A stretch of 64,000 nt of DNA from contig NC_043003.1 of the NCBI RefSeq assembly GCF_006345805.1, positions 5,704,001 through 5,768,000 of the forward strand. The letters are read 5' to 3'. Each line of letters begins with the position of its first letter. Positions within the stretch are counted from its first letter, which is position 1. Both the position numbers and the translations under genes were made by a program. Under the pieces are notes generated by a model. The model was not told the DNA's origin. It worked only from the letters and a program-made list of their open reading frames with translations, and ran no database searches. Shown one piece after another: positions 25,525-38,834 of this stretch. Source of the DNA: Octopus sinensis (lineage: Eukaryota).

Positions 25525-26479
25525 TATATACATCATTGTAAACATCTGTTATACGCATATATTCTCCTTACTGACACATAACCATGCGCCTTACCCCCCT
25601 CACATCTATCCACACTACATACACATATGTAGCACACTCCTGTTAAACAGTAATTTACACCCGCCTTTACAAAACTATCTACCCTGTTTCGACCCAGGCC
25701 AACCATACACGCATTTACTAAACATGTACGAGACACCAATTCTGCCGATGTATCTTTCGAAGATCCACGCTTACCTCCCAGAGTCATTCACCATACATGT
25801 AAATACAATTATTCTAATATATATATATATTAATAATATTAGGGTAATAAGAATTATAGAAATTATTATTACCAGTGACCTAGAACAAAAAAAAAATCAT
25901 TAGACTATGTATTCTACTGCTCTTTCTAGCACAAGGCTTTCCTATTTGGAAGCCTCTTAATGTGTTCTAATGCACACGATATTTTTATACACGCACACAC
26001 CACACACACACAACACATATAATTAATATATATAATATATATATATATATAATATATATATATAATATATAGTATGTATGTATATATTCGAAGGATTAAA
26101 TATAAGACGACGGAATGGCCTGGGTATATACTTCCCGACATCTATCAAATTACACACATATACACATATATATACATACACACAGACAGCTCTATTTGAT
26201 AGAGGTCTGTGTTTAAACGGCTGTTCAATATACATGTATGCACAGGTATCCCACCATACACACACCTGTCCCTGGTCAATCTTTCTTTCTACGTAACCAT
26301 TTCCCGTATACATAACCATACTTATTCTGATTATATATATATATATATATATATACATACATGCATACATACATACATATTCACGTGTGTGTAATGCTTA
26401 TGAATATAGAGAGCTCTTGATCCAGATCAACATACGCAGCCATCTATTATATATGAAACATAAATTCTACCACACATGC

Positions 26480-26512
<33 letters not shown>

Positions 26513-26970
26513 ATATATATTATTATATATATATATATATATGCATATATATATATACACATATATATAGCAAATATATATGCATACATCTACACGTACA
26601 GTATATATGTATATGCATACTACACACACACACACTATATATATATATAATATATATATATATATGATATGCATACATATACACGCATATATATACATAT
26701 ATATATATGCATACATATACACTTATATATATGCATACATATACACATATATATATGCATACATATACACATATATATATGCATACATATACACATATAT
26801 ATATATATGCATATACACATATATATATATATGCATATACACATATATATATATGCATATACACATATATATGCATATATATATGCATATATATATATAT
26901 GCATATATCATATATATGCATATATATATGCAATAATATATATATATATGCATATATATATATATAATGC

Positions 26971-27001
<31 letters not shown>

Positions 27002-27157
27002 AATATATATATAGATGCATATATATATATATATATGCATATATATATATATATGCATATATATATATATATATGCATATATATTATATGCATATATATT
27101 ATATATATATGCATTTATATATATATACAATATATATAATATATATATGCATATATA

Positions 27158-27199
<42 letters not shown>

Positions 27200-27287
27200 A
27201 CCATATATATAGGTATATATATATATATATTATATATGATATATATGCATATATCTATATAGATATATATATATATATATATATATA

Positions 27288-27329
<42 letters not shown>

Positions 27330-27338
27330 ATATATATA

Positions 27339-27382
<44 letters not shown>

Positions 27383-27395
27383 CATATATATATAA
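26480..27395. repeat. ~900-bp (TA)n tract with atgcat-punctuated minisatellite units
   Basis: Directly visible; recurring atgcatacatatacacatatat units around 26708-26860. Confidence 0.95.
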
Positions 27396-27883
27396 CCACA
27401 TCTATCGCTAGTTGATCTCTCTTCACACATTCATTCTCGACACATGACTATATCGTTATTCGCTCCCATATAAACACACGCTCCCCCACCGCGCGTGCGC
27501 ACAACTGTCATTGGTCAAGAAATAAATACAGGGCGAAAGCAAACAGCTTTAATAGATTAATTTCGGTGGCGAAGATTTTTATTTGATTTTCAAATATTCA
27601 ATAGTGTATTAGATTTGCAAGTTTCTGGTCAACCATAAAAATATGACTTGCTACAAGCACGTCATTACATGGCCTTATTTGTTTATGACTGCGGGAATGT
27701 ATTTATCTATTTACTTAATACACGTAAGAGAACAAATGCCGAAAGGCAATAACCTCCGTTTTATACAGCAATCCACATGAAGATAACAGTGAGCGGGTTG
27801 TAAACATGCTTAGAACTGCATCGACGGAGCCGAAAGCTGTTTTACGAAAGCTGCAAAAGCGAATATGGAAATCAACATTCGTT

Positions 27884-28295
27884 GGAGGTGGCTGTGTGGT
27901 AAGTAGCTTGCTAACCAGCCACATGTTTCCGGGTTAAGTCCCACTGCGTCGCATCTTGGGCAAGTGTCTTCTGCTATAGCCCCGGGCCGACCAATGCCTT
28001 GTCAGTGGATTTGGTAGACGGAAACTGAAAGAAGCCTCGTATATATGTATATATATATATAAATGTATGTAGTGTTGTTGTGTGTCTGTGTTGTGTTTGT
28101 TCCCCTAGTATTGCTTGACAACCGCTGCTGGTGTGTTTACGTCCCCGCCACTTAGCGGTTCGGCAAAAAGAGACCGATAGAATAAGTACTGGGCTTACAA
28201 AAAGAATAAGTCCCGTGGTCGATTTGCTCGACTAAAGGCGGTGCTCCAGCATGGCCGCAGTCAAATGACTGAAACAAGTTATAGAGTAAAAGAGT
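27884..28295 (+). mobile_element. Full-length SINE family A
   Basis: Colinear with 60239-60643 along its whole length. Confidence 0.9.
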
Positions 28296-28766
28296 GAAGG
28301 AAGGTGAGAATAGGAAACGAAATAAACGGGGTTCGAATTCCGGGACATTACTGCTTCTTTTTGTATTTGGATTTCATGTGTGTCCTATGAGGTCAGTCGA
28401 CGCGATAGAAATTGCCACCATATCTTTCTCATATTTCTCCCTTGTGAGTTACACAGAGAAAATAGTTACCAAATAAGTTCATGTCTTGGACACATAATGT
28501 CTTAGAAAAAAGATGAAGGAGGCATCAGTTGGATGTTTTTGAGGATAAGTGAATTGGGTTCCGGTTGATCTCAGGTAAACAACCACCCGTCCATTTGTTT
28601 TTTTTTATTCTACAAGAAATAACAGTTAAGTCAAGCCTCCTTACATAATATATTCCTAGGTTAACCAATAGCAGATAAATAAGTGTTATGTGTGCGTGTA
28701 CATTGACGCACACACAAATCGGTATACATACATACATACAAACGTACATACATACATACATACAAG

Positions 28767-28798
<32 letters not shown>

Positions 28799-30873
28799 CC
28801 CACACACAGATATACATATACAGAGAGTGTGAGAGAAAGAAAGAGAGAGGAGAGTGGGTCATTGAGAATGAAATGGTGAGGTATGCGGTGTTAAAAACAA
28901 GTGTTTCTGGTGCAATGAAATATACAAGAAAGAAATGAAAAGCCAACCAGAAATATGCGAAATGAGACAATTTCTGTGATGTTTTATGGAGTGACAAACA
29001 TGAATGTGACACCCCTGTTAATGGGTTCTAAATGATTTAACCACAGATCGTTCGTTTCCCGTCGTGCATTGCGATATCATCTTTCTAATAGCGTATATAT
29101 ATGTTGAATACCTACATATCTGCGTAATTAGTTTTGATGTTCTTTAACACCTATTGAGCATACCTATGATCAAAAGCAATCCATCTGTGGTCATCTCGAT
29201 GTTTTATGGAGCTATGTATCTTCCTATTATGCAATAATATCTGCCCCATTTTTTTTTAGAAGTGGTAGCAAGGGATTATAGAATACTTAGCAACTGTTTC
29301 CAGTTGATCGATCGACCTGCGCTTACGCCACATTTTAGAAATCGGTCCTGCAAGAACCAGAAGCCAAATCATCTGAATTAAATAATACGTTGACTTCTTG
29401 AAAAACAAAGGACAAAATGGAGAGTGCATACATATATTTTGTGTAAATCTAGTCTTGTTACAAATATCCCGAGATTGGATGAGAGTAGTGTCGACAACCA
29501 TTAACCCCCGTAGGTGTCTGGTACATTGTTTCATTATTGTTGGCCATAACTAAATGGCGATATATTTTTGGTGCCTACTAACCGGCCTGTCGTTCCTTTC
29601 TGACAGAAAACATGACGATAGCAGCACCAGTAGAATTCGGAAAATTATCAGGAAAAAAGAGAGCATAATTCATTGAGTGAGGCAAAAACTAATTTTGATA
29701 AAAATTTGCAAATTATAAAGATCAATATAGAATTTTTTTCAAAGGTGAAAGCAGCCAAGTAGGAGAATATCTTTGCAAGGAATTTAATTTCAAATAAAAT
29801 GTAGTATATATTCCGTATGTCAGTGCATTCCGTTAATTATCTAACGAAGAAAATTAAATAGATAAATAAGAAAAAAATAAATAATATACGATATGACATG
29901 TCGTAATAAACAGTAAATTTTCTATGTCTGTGTTTACTGTTATTTTAAGAAGAAGAGATAAAAGGTGTTAATTAAAAATAATGAGAACCACCTAATTACT
30001 GGCAAAATAAGCAATTAAATTATAAATACGTGTAATTATCGTAATGTTTCGTGAAGTATCGAGATGAGCAGTGCATATTGATAGATAAGCCGGAGAGAAG
30101 GTGAACCGACAAAACGGTTTCAATCTGTCTCTTAGTGTTTCACATTGTCTTACATTGGAAAAATTGGAATTGGGAGAGGCATGAACGGTGCAGATTGATA
30201 TCTCTTTGCCATGACAATATATTTCTTTGTGGGGAATATGGGTCATAAATCGAAATATAGTTAAGTATTTATTTTTTTATATTCAGTAGTTGACGATTTG
30301 GAGAGGATGAGAAGAAGAAGAAGAAGAAGAAGAAGAAGAAGAAGAAGAAGAAGAAGGAGGAGGAGGAGGAGGAGGGGAAGCGGAAGAAGAGGAGGAGGAA
30401 TTTTGTGTGATTCAAGGAAATTATTTTCCTCTTAACCAAATAACTCTTTGAGGCTTGCAATGTGAAATTTTCATCTCTAATGTACCAAGAATTAAGACTA
30501 CAAAAATACCCCCACCCAGCCACATATATCGATATATCTATCAATCTATCCATTTATATATAAAATAGAATCAAAAACATAACACAAAGGATATCACGGT
30601 ACACGTGTTTCAAGCTTTATAAACAACCCATTCTTACGTCAGTGTATAATTGATATAAAAGATGGTTTAAAGCTCGCTTCAGTCGCAAAGATTGTTATTC
30701 CAGAGAGTTACATCACAATATAAAAAATATGAAAAGTACATGCGGTATTACCCATGATAATAGGCATATCATACCTCCCTGAGAAAGTGTATTTGTAAAA
30801 TTTCGTAACTGTATAAAGGTTAATTGGATTTCGAAAATCTGCCCATACTGTATCACCAGTCAACATATCCATT

Positions 30874-30922
<49 letters not shown>

Positions 30923-30934
30923 GTATATGTATGT

Positions 30935-31143
30935 GTGTGTGTGTGTGTTTGCCCGCAACCAATGCTTGATAACCGATATTGGGGTCTTTAAGTTCCCGTG
31001 ACTTAGCGGTTTGGCAAAAGGGGCCGATAGCGTAAGTACCAAGCGTTAAATAATTATGTACGTGGGTCGATTCGCTCAAAGAGAATTCTTCAAGGTGGTG
31101 CTCCAGCATGGCCGCAGTGTATTCACTGAGACTTGTAAGAAAT
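30935..31143 (+). mobile_element. SINE family A 3' half (diverged)
   Basis: gcttgataaccg...ttagcggtttggcaaaag...ggtggtgctccagcatggccgcag, immediately after a TA/TG tract. Confidence 0.75.
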
Positions 31144-31257
31144 AAGTGATAACATATGTGTGTCTATGTGTGTGCTTGTGTGTGTGTGCTTGTGTGTGTG
31201 TGTGCTTGTGTGTGTGTGTGTGCTTGTGTGTGTTTGTAGGTGTGTGTACTTTTATTC

Positions 31258-31298
<41 letters not shown>

Positions 31299-31916
31299 AT
31301 TTGTGTGTTTGTAGATGTGTGTTTTTATTCTTTGTGTGTGTGTGTATCATTTATCCATTACACTATTTCATTGACTACACATATTGAAATGTACCTTTTC
31401 CGTATTTAGTAAATAGTCTCGAAGCCAAAACCATACAAAATTGATGGAGCAGAGTTTTATTGAAAAGTAAATAAAAGGAAGAGGAGATTCACCGGCAACA
31501 ACCCAGATCGATGACAATGTTGTCTTCGATGTCAATGAAACTGCTAAGATAAGAATAAAGTTAGAGAGTTGAGGTGAATGTGGTGAGACGTGTATATACT
31601 GGACCGGTAACTTGGGGAAGGATTACTGAAGAAGAACTTAAGTTCCATTCCTTCAAGATTATTAATTGATATTTGCTTTTAATACGGGCTGTAAACACGG
31701 TCTTTAAGAAAAGGTTACAAACATCATATCTTAGCAGCGTAATCCAAGTTTTTTCCCCCTCTTACTAACCAGAGGATGAATCTAAATGAAATACTGTATG
31801 TCTTTAGGCACATTACACACACACACATACACACACACTCACATATATATATATATAATATATATATATATATGCATGTGTGATCATATGCATAAATATT
31901 ATATTATACACACGTA

Positions 31917-31964
<48 letters not shown>

Positions 31965-32222
31965 TGCCTACAAACGCATATATGTGTGTGTATCTATATG
32001 TATTTATATACACATATACATACATTGCTCTCTCTCTCTCTATCTCTCTCCCCGTCCTCTCACCCTTACTCTTTCTCTTTCTCTCAGCTTATAGCTTCCA
32101 AATTGTACGCTGTAGCAGATCGTAACGTCACACCTCACCACTCTAAAATAGGTAAAGTGGTGCGGCACTCACTAAGAAGAAGAAGAAGAAAAAGAAGAGG
32201 AGCCATAACAACGACAGCAATG

Positions 32223-32279
<57 letters not shown>

Positions 32280-32600
32280 GGTTCTGCAAATGTGTATAGA
32301 ATATGTATTTTCCTCCTCCATTTTAAAAGATGGCGGATGAATAGGTATGGTTTCCCGTTTTATGTAACATCTCTTGTGTAACTGAAGAATTATCATTAAT
32401 TTGTTGAAATTCTGTCGACGTAGCTATTGATATTCCAAACAGCATTCACTGGGTTTACAAAACTGCTTTACCTAACAGCCAAACACATTTATACATCTAT
32501 AAACTTACTCTCCCCACTTCCCATACTCTGCAAACATAACAACCAAATACATCATACATATATTTATTAACACACAAAGTGAACTACGCATATCTACGCC

Positions 32601-32645
<45 letters not shown>

Positions 32646-33243
32646 TACATACATCTATCTATCTGTTCATCTATTTATTTTTTATCTCTCTCTATTTCTC
32701 TCTCTCTCGCTATATCGCTATATATATATATATATATATATATATAGATATAGATATATACATATATATATATATACCCGTCTGTCTATCTATCGGTCTG
32801 TCTATTTGCCTACCTATACGTGTGTATATGTATAAATAAATATATATACAAACACACACATAAAACCATATGTATATAGACACTGAATTTCTTTGCTTCG
32901 ATAGTTAAAAAAAACCCAACGAACGTGTGGTTTGACCTTCTGCAGCGAACAGCATTTTTAACAATATATTCTGAGAAACATATCTACGCATGTCCTTCTC
33001 TATACATATTTCTACCCGCACATGTGTGTGTGTATGTGTGTGTGTGTGTGGTTTTGTGTTCATTGACCGCTTATAACTTTTATGTCTATTGGCCCATTGA
33101 ATAGTTACATATATGCGTACGTGTGTGAGTGTGTGCACGTGTGAGTGTTATCCTTATGAGCCTACCACTAATCTCTTGAATGGCAACTATTAAATAAAGT
33201 AAGACTATTACACACACGTACACACATATACACACGGACTCAA

Positions 33244-33481
33244 ATACCTATTTCTTTACTACCCACAAGGGGCTAAACGCAGAGAGGACAAACAAGGGCA
33301 GACAAACGGACTAAGACGATTATATCGACCCCAGTGCGTAACTGGTACTTATTTAATCGACCTCGAAAGGATGAAAGGCAAAGTCGACCTCGGCGGAATT
33401 TGAACTCAGAACACAAAGACAGACGAACTACGGCTTAGCATTTCGCCCGGCGTGCTAACGTTTCTGCCAGCTCGCCGCCTT
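33244..33481 (-). mobile_element. Full-length SINE family B monomer
   Basis: Reverse complement of ggcggcgagctggcagaaacgttagcacgccgggcgaaatgc...gtagtaaagaaataggtat. Confidence 0.9.
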
Positions 33482-34374
33482 GCACACACAATACCAATAA
33501 CACAAACAGACACAAACTAGACCACACGCACACGCACATACCAATTCACACACTCGCACACACACACACACATACACACACACCACGTGGTATCCAAATA
33601 CACCAAAATCTGTTGCTGCATGTTTGTGTTCTTGAGTCTTAGTGCTTTGTTATTTTTCTTTTTTGTTTTTTTATTATCTTTTGGATGGGCGGATATGTGT
33701 GTGCGCGCGTGCGCGTTTCCACGCGCCTGCATGTGTGTCAGTGCATGTGCCCGCGTGTGTGTGTGTACTGCATTTGTGTATCTATAAATCCATTCCCGCC
33801 TCCAAGTGGCCAATAAGCATGCGCTAAATTGTCAACAGCTTTTTGTCAAGTGAATTAACGGAAGTTTATTCTGCAAAAGTCGAAGTTAATCAACTGGATT
33901 GGCGGTGGTGGTGGTGGTGGTATATGTTGTAGTTGAATTGTTGCTGTTGCTAGTGATGTATATTGTAGTAGTGTTTCTAGTAGTAATAGTAGTAGTTAGT
34001 TGTTGTTTTTGTAGGTCTGTATCGTTCTTCTTATTGCTTTTGTTGTTGTTATTTTTGTATTGTGAAATGGAGTCATACAAAAGACGTTATATTGTTCTCC
34101 ACTATTAACGACGCCTGCCGAGGTTTACTTACTGCTATTTTGTTGTTGTTGTTACCAAGCTCTGTTCTATTATATATGTGTTGTTTCCACTTAAATCCGC
34201 CTTCTTTAAACAAACTTATAGTCGAAGTCGTTCCGGTCATGACCATCTCATTGTATTGTATATCACTGACCAAGGGTTCTTTTTTCATTTAAATCGCTAT
34301 GACGTAATTTGAGGCAGTTTTGGCTTATATCTCTGGCAGATGGTACGACATCGTAAAGCTGTTGCGATTTCAAA

Positions 34375-34590
34375 CTGTGATACAGGTCCAGAATTTTCTT
34401 TTTAGACAAGGGAGTAAATCTCCTAAAGAAGCCCCACTACTTCACGGGCACTTATTTTTATCGACCTGAGAATGATTAAAGGGAAAATCGACCTTAGCGG
34501 AATTTAAACTCATTAGATAAAAAACATTCGAAACGCCGCTAAGCATTGTGCCCGGCGTCCTAACGATTCTACCAGCTCACCACCCTATAT
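34375..34590 (-). mobile_element. Diverged SINE family B-related copy
   Basis: tttatcgacc...aatcgaccttagcggaatttaaactc...gctaagcattgtgcccggcgtcctaacgattctaccagctcacc. Confidence 0.7.
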
Positions 34591-34819
34591 CTGTTGTTAC
34601 CGTAAATAGTGGCTGTTACTGCTATTGTTGTTTTACTTGTTATTGATGATGATAATGATGATGATATGAGGAGGAGGAGGGTGCTGACGGTGTTGCCGGT
34701 TGTACTGGTGTGTGTTAGGGTTAACCATTCTTTTGTTGATAGGTGGAGCTGTTGCTATTAATTGTGGTATCTGTTTTTCTGTATGTTGTCCCTACATGGA
34801 AACTGTTATTGCTAAGCCA

Positions 34820-35190
34820 CCCAGTTTCCCTGCCCACTATTGCTGGAAAAATTGATGGGGTAGAGACCCTGGCACCTTTTACATAGGATCCAATCAGAAG
34901 CAACTGTCATTTAATTTTCCCGCTGGAATCCCGGCTGTGACCAACTATGATTATGAGCTTGATCCAACTATCTCGCTCTTGGTCAACCCCTAGGTCGGTC
35001 TCCTACCTCGAGAGATCTCCATTATCTCACAGATACGATTCGTATCGAGTGACGCCGCTCTCGAGATCCTTAGGAGGGAAGCCGCTCGCTCGTTTGTATT
35101 CTCGATCCTATTCTTTGGATCACTACCCAACATTCGTAATCATAAGTGTGGATAAGTACGGGAAGCGAACCGATGGTAACAAGTTTGGCT
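34820..35190 (-). mobile_element. RTE-clade (Rex3/Expander-like) LINE 3' coding remnant
   Basis: Minus strand: LIHTYDYECWVVIQRIGSRIQTSE ... GDRPRG*PRAR*LDQAHNHSWSQPG, resembling LTYGHE.WV...R..SR.QA.E ... G.RPRGRPR.RW.D of RTE ORFs. Confidence 0.7.
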
Positions 35191-36097
35191 TCTTTTTTAA
35201 ACTGACCTCTCCTCTTTTGAGGATCGAATCTCGTTAGTGGCACATTACTATGTCGACCCCTGTAATTCTAGCATTGCATTCCATTTATCTCCCTGCTTCT
35301 CACCACTCGTGAATACGTCCTCCAGTTACAAGATGTTGTTTATGTTGGCTAACATCATGTGTTGTTAGACGGAGGTTGTTTTTGTTGTTGTCAGTGTTAG
35401 GGGCTGATGTTTGTTGTTGTTAGGCGTGGGTTGGTGAACGTTGTTGAGAGAATGTTGTACCTGCCAATGGTGGTTGTTGTTATCAAGAAAACTTGTAGAT
35501 CGTTTGTTAACGTTTGTTTCTTATTTTTTTTTATATATTGTGTGTCCAAGTGTTTTTGTTGATGTGTTGTTTCTTATATATTATCAATGGTGGATGTTAC
35601 ACTGCGTTGTTGTTAGGTGGCGGCGTTGTTGTTGTTGTTGTTGCTATTGTATGTCATTGTACGTTATTAATAGTTCTCTTGTTGCTTTCGTCACTTATAT
35701 TACTGTTAAGTGCGAACGATGTCCGTTGTTATATATTTGTGTTTCTGTGTATATATATATATTGCTGTTGTTGTTATTGTCGTCGCTATTGTTGTCATCG
35801 CTATTTTTGCTCTAGTCCACACTTCCATTATATTATTGCTAAATTCTTCACATCAACATTTCTATCCTTCTGTGAATGTTCCGCTTGAAGCCATATTGCA
35901 ATCTTACAGATTTTAGTCGACATATCTCGCTTCTTTCTTTCTTTCTTTTTTCCATCTTTCTTGTTTTTTTTGTTCCTTTCTTTCTTTGTTCCAGTCTTTC
36001 TTTTTTTCGTTTATTTATTTACGTGTTTCTTCCTTTCTTTTTCCTTTTCTTATTTTCCTCTTTATATGTATTTCTTTCTTTCTTTCTCTCTCTTTCT

Positions 36098-36130
<33 letters not shown>

Positions 36131-36689
36131 TCACACTATTTCTTTCTTTCCTTCTTTTATTTATGTCGTTCTGTAGATTTTATTTCCTTCTTCCTTTCTT
36201 TTTTTTCCAGTTTTGTTTTACTATATCTATTCTTTATTTCCTTGTTTATGTTTTTTTTGTTTATATTGCTTGTTTCTGTTTTTTTATTTTATATATTTGT
36301 TGTCTTTCCTGTTGTTGTTGTTGTTGTTGTAACTGATAAAAGAATCTTGGCAATTCCTGGCGACTTACATAGAAAAAGAACGACAAAAGTGATAACAATA
36401 ACAACGATGACAACATTAGCAGCAACGACAACAACAATAACAACACGAATAATGTGAACATCGATTTAACAAACAAGGAACGGACAAATAGTAACAAACA
36501 ACAACGAAAGAAAAACTACCAAAACAACCATTATCCCTCGCCCCTTCTCCTTCCCATCGTCGTTATCATCATCATCATCATCGCCATCCTCCTCCTCCTC
36601 ATCATCACCATCACCACCATCATCTACTGTAAACAACTAAAACAAGGACAAACACGGTATTAATGGCCGCAGCAATAATAAAATAACAA

Positions 36690-36708
36690 TTGTTGTAGTA
36701 AATAATAA

Positions 36709-36740
<32 letters not shown>

Positions 36741-36752
36741 ATAATAATAATG

Positions 36753-36786
<34 letters not shown>

Positions 36787-36986
36787 TAATAATGATAATA
36801 ATAATAATAATAATAATAATATAATAATAATAATGATATAATAATAATAATAATATAATAATAATAATAAGATAATAATAATATAATAATGATAATAATA
36901 ATAATAATAATAATAATGACGATGATGGTGATGATGACGGCAGCAACAATAATGAAAGCAGCGACAACAATAAAAAATAATAATGA

Positions 36987-37033
<47 letters not shown>

Positions 37034-37075
37034 TGATGATGATGATGATAATTTCAATAACAGTAATAATAACAA
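36690..37075. repeat. ~380-bp (AAT)n/(GAT)n microsatellite
   Basis: Directly visible; source of the poly-Ile/poly-Tyr ORFs. Confidence 0.97.
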
Positions 37076-38677
37076 TAACGGAAGTAGCTTTCAGAATGAC
37101 AACGTCGAACACAATATCAGCATGATGATCCGCAATAAAATGAATATCACCGCCATAACTAAATCGATAGGAAAGGATATCTGTGAATATTAAATACAGT
37201 AATACGCTGTAGAACAGACAGACAAAAGTGAAACCTTATAGGTAGTACAACAACAACAACGATAACAATAACAATAGCAACGGTGACATTATGGGAGGGA
37301 CAATGGCGCGAAACAGAGAAATAAGCAGAAAGACGATGTGATAAAACGATTTCCAGTATTTGTGTCAGTGTGAGATATTTTTAGTGAAGGTAACCGCTGT
37401 GTGTGTGTTGTGGATTTCATACATTCCAGCAATGCTTTTGTAACGCTTCCACATAGAGAAGTAGGAATGCTGTGAGAGGATCTGATGGTTTATAACAATT
37501 TACCTGATATAGGTGACGGATTGGCGAAATTGTTTCTGGTATTTGCTTCACCTCTTTAGCTTCAAAGTTCAAATCTCAGTGATGTCGAATTTGCTTTTCA
37601 AACCTTCCTGGGTCGATTAAATATAAAGCTAGGGGAGTAGAATTACAGAATTGTTTGATCGTTGGTTAAAATTCTTTCCAGGATTTTTCCGCCTCTTTGC
37701 ATTTTGAGTGTCTATTGGCAGTTGTTTTCTTTCAGACAACATTGATGGTGCGGAGTGGCGGTCCCTTGTTTTGCAAAGAAGTGATCCTTTAGTACACGAA
37801 GTGGCCCTTTGAAACACCGACATTGATATTTCTTACAAAGTGAGACACCAAGTAACGGCTCTGCTTCTTTTGTTTTGTTTTGTATTAAGGTGAATATCTC
37901 TAATCTCCTGGCTGCTCCCTCATCATCTATCATCTCTGTCAATGGAGAAATGTTCCTCTTGTTACAGGTAAGTATTCTAAAGCAACGAACCGGATTGTTC
38001 TTTATTTCCAGAATATAAAGACAACACTGCCAAAGAATCCAATTTTACAACTGACTGGATCATATTCTTAAAAGAATATTCGTTTTTATTACCGAAATTC
38101 CGTAGATAAACGGAAAAACAACTAAATGATTTTGGTACAGTTTGATCTCACAACAGCGATATTCCTAACTAGGAAGCGTAATCTAATTGGACCGCATATT
38201 ATTTATATTAACGGCGGATTATTTATAATGAAGACAATTTTCAAAGAAAGACTTGTTGAACAGATCGATGTCAAAAATTGATTATTTCTATAATTTATCG
38301 ATCCCAAAGGAAAGTTGAAAGCGAATCTATGCAGGATTTGAAAAGACGTAAGTCAATGGATCAGCGTAACACAAAGTCCGATGCTTTTCGAATTCTTATG
38401 ATAGACGTTCTCATATAAATGTATGCCAAGAACAGACACACTACGCAGTTAATGACACGCTAGAAATAGCAGTCAATTCGCTCTGAAGCCATAATCACTA
38501 TCTTAAAAGAGACACGTTGAATAAATATAGCCAGGGGTACAGGTAACTCGAACGAAAAGGATATTATAACATGGCTGGAATGGTGTTGATCATAAGTTTA
38601 CAAGGTCAAGATCGACTTCAGTTTAAACAAAAGAAAACATCCTTAATAATACTATTATAAACACTACTACTACTACG

Positions 38678-38714
<37 letters not shown>

Positions 38715-38834
38715 GAACTGCTACAACTACTACTACTATTACTACGACTACGACTACTACTAGAACTACTACTACTACTACTACTACTAGAACTGCTACA
38801 ACTACTACTACTAATGATAATGATAGTGGTCTCA

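Noticed and set aside
27455-27560. Putative promoter (TATA-like, CCAAT-like, GC-rich patch)
   Set aside because: Short motifs are expected by chance in AT-rich DNA and no downstream gene is supported.
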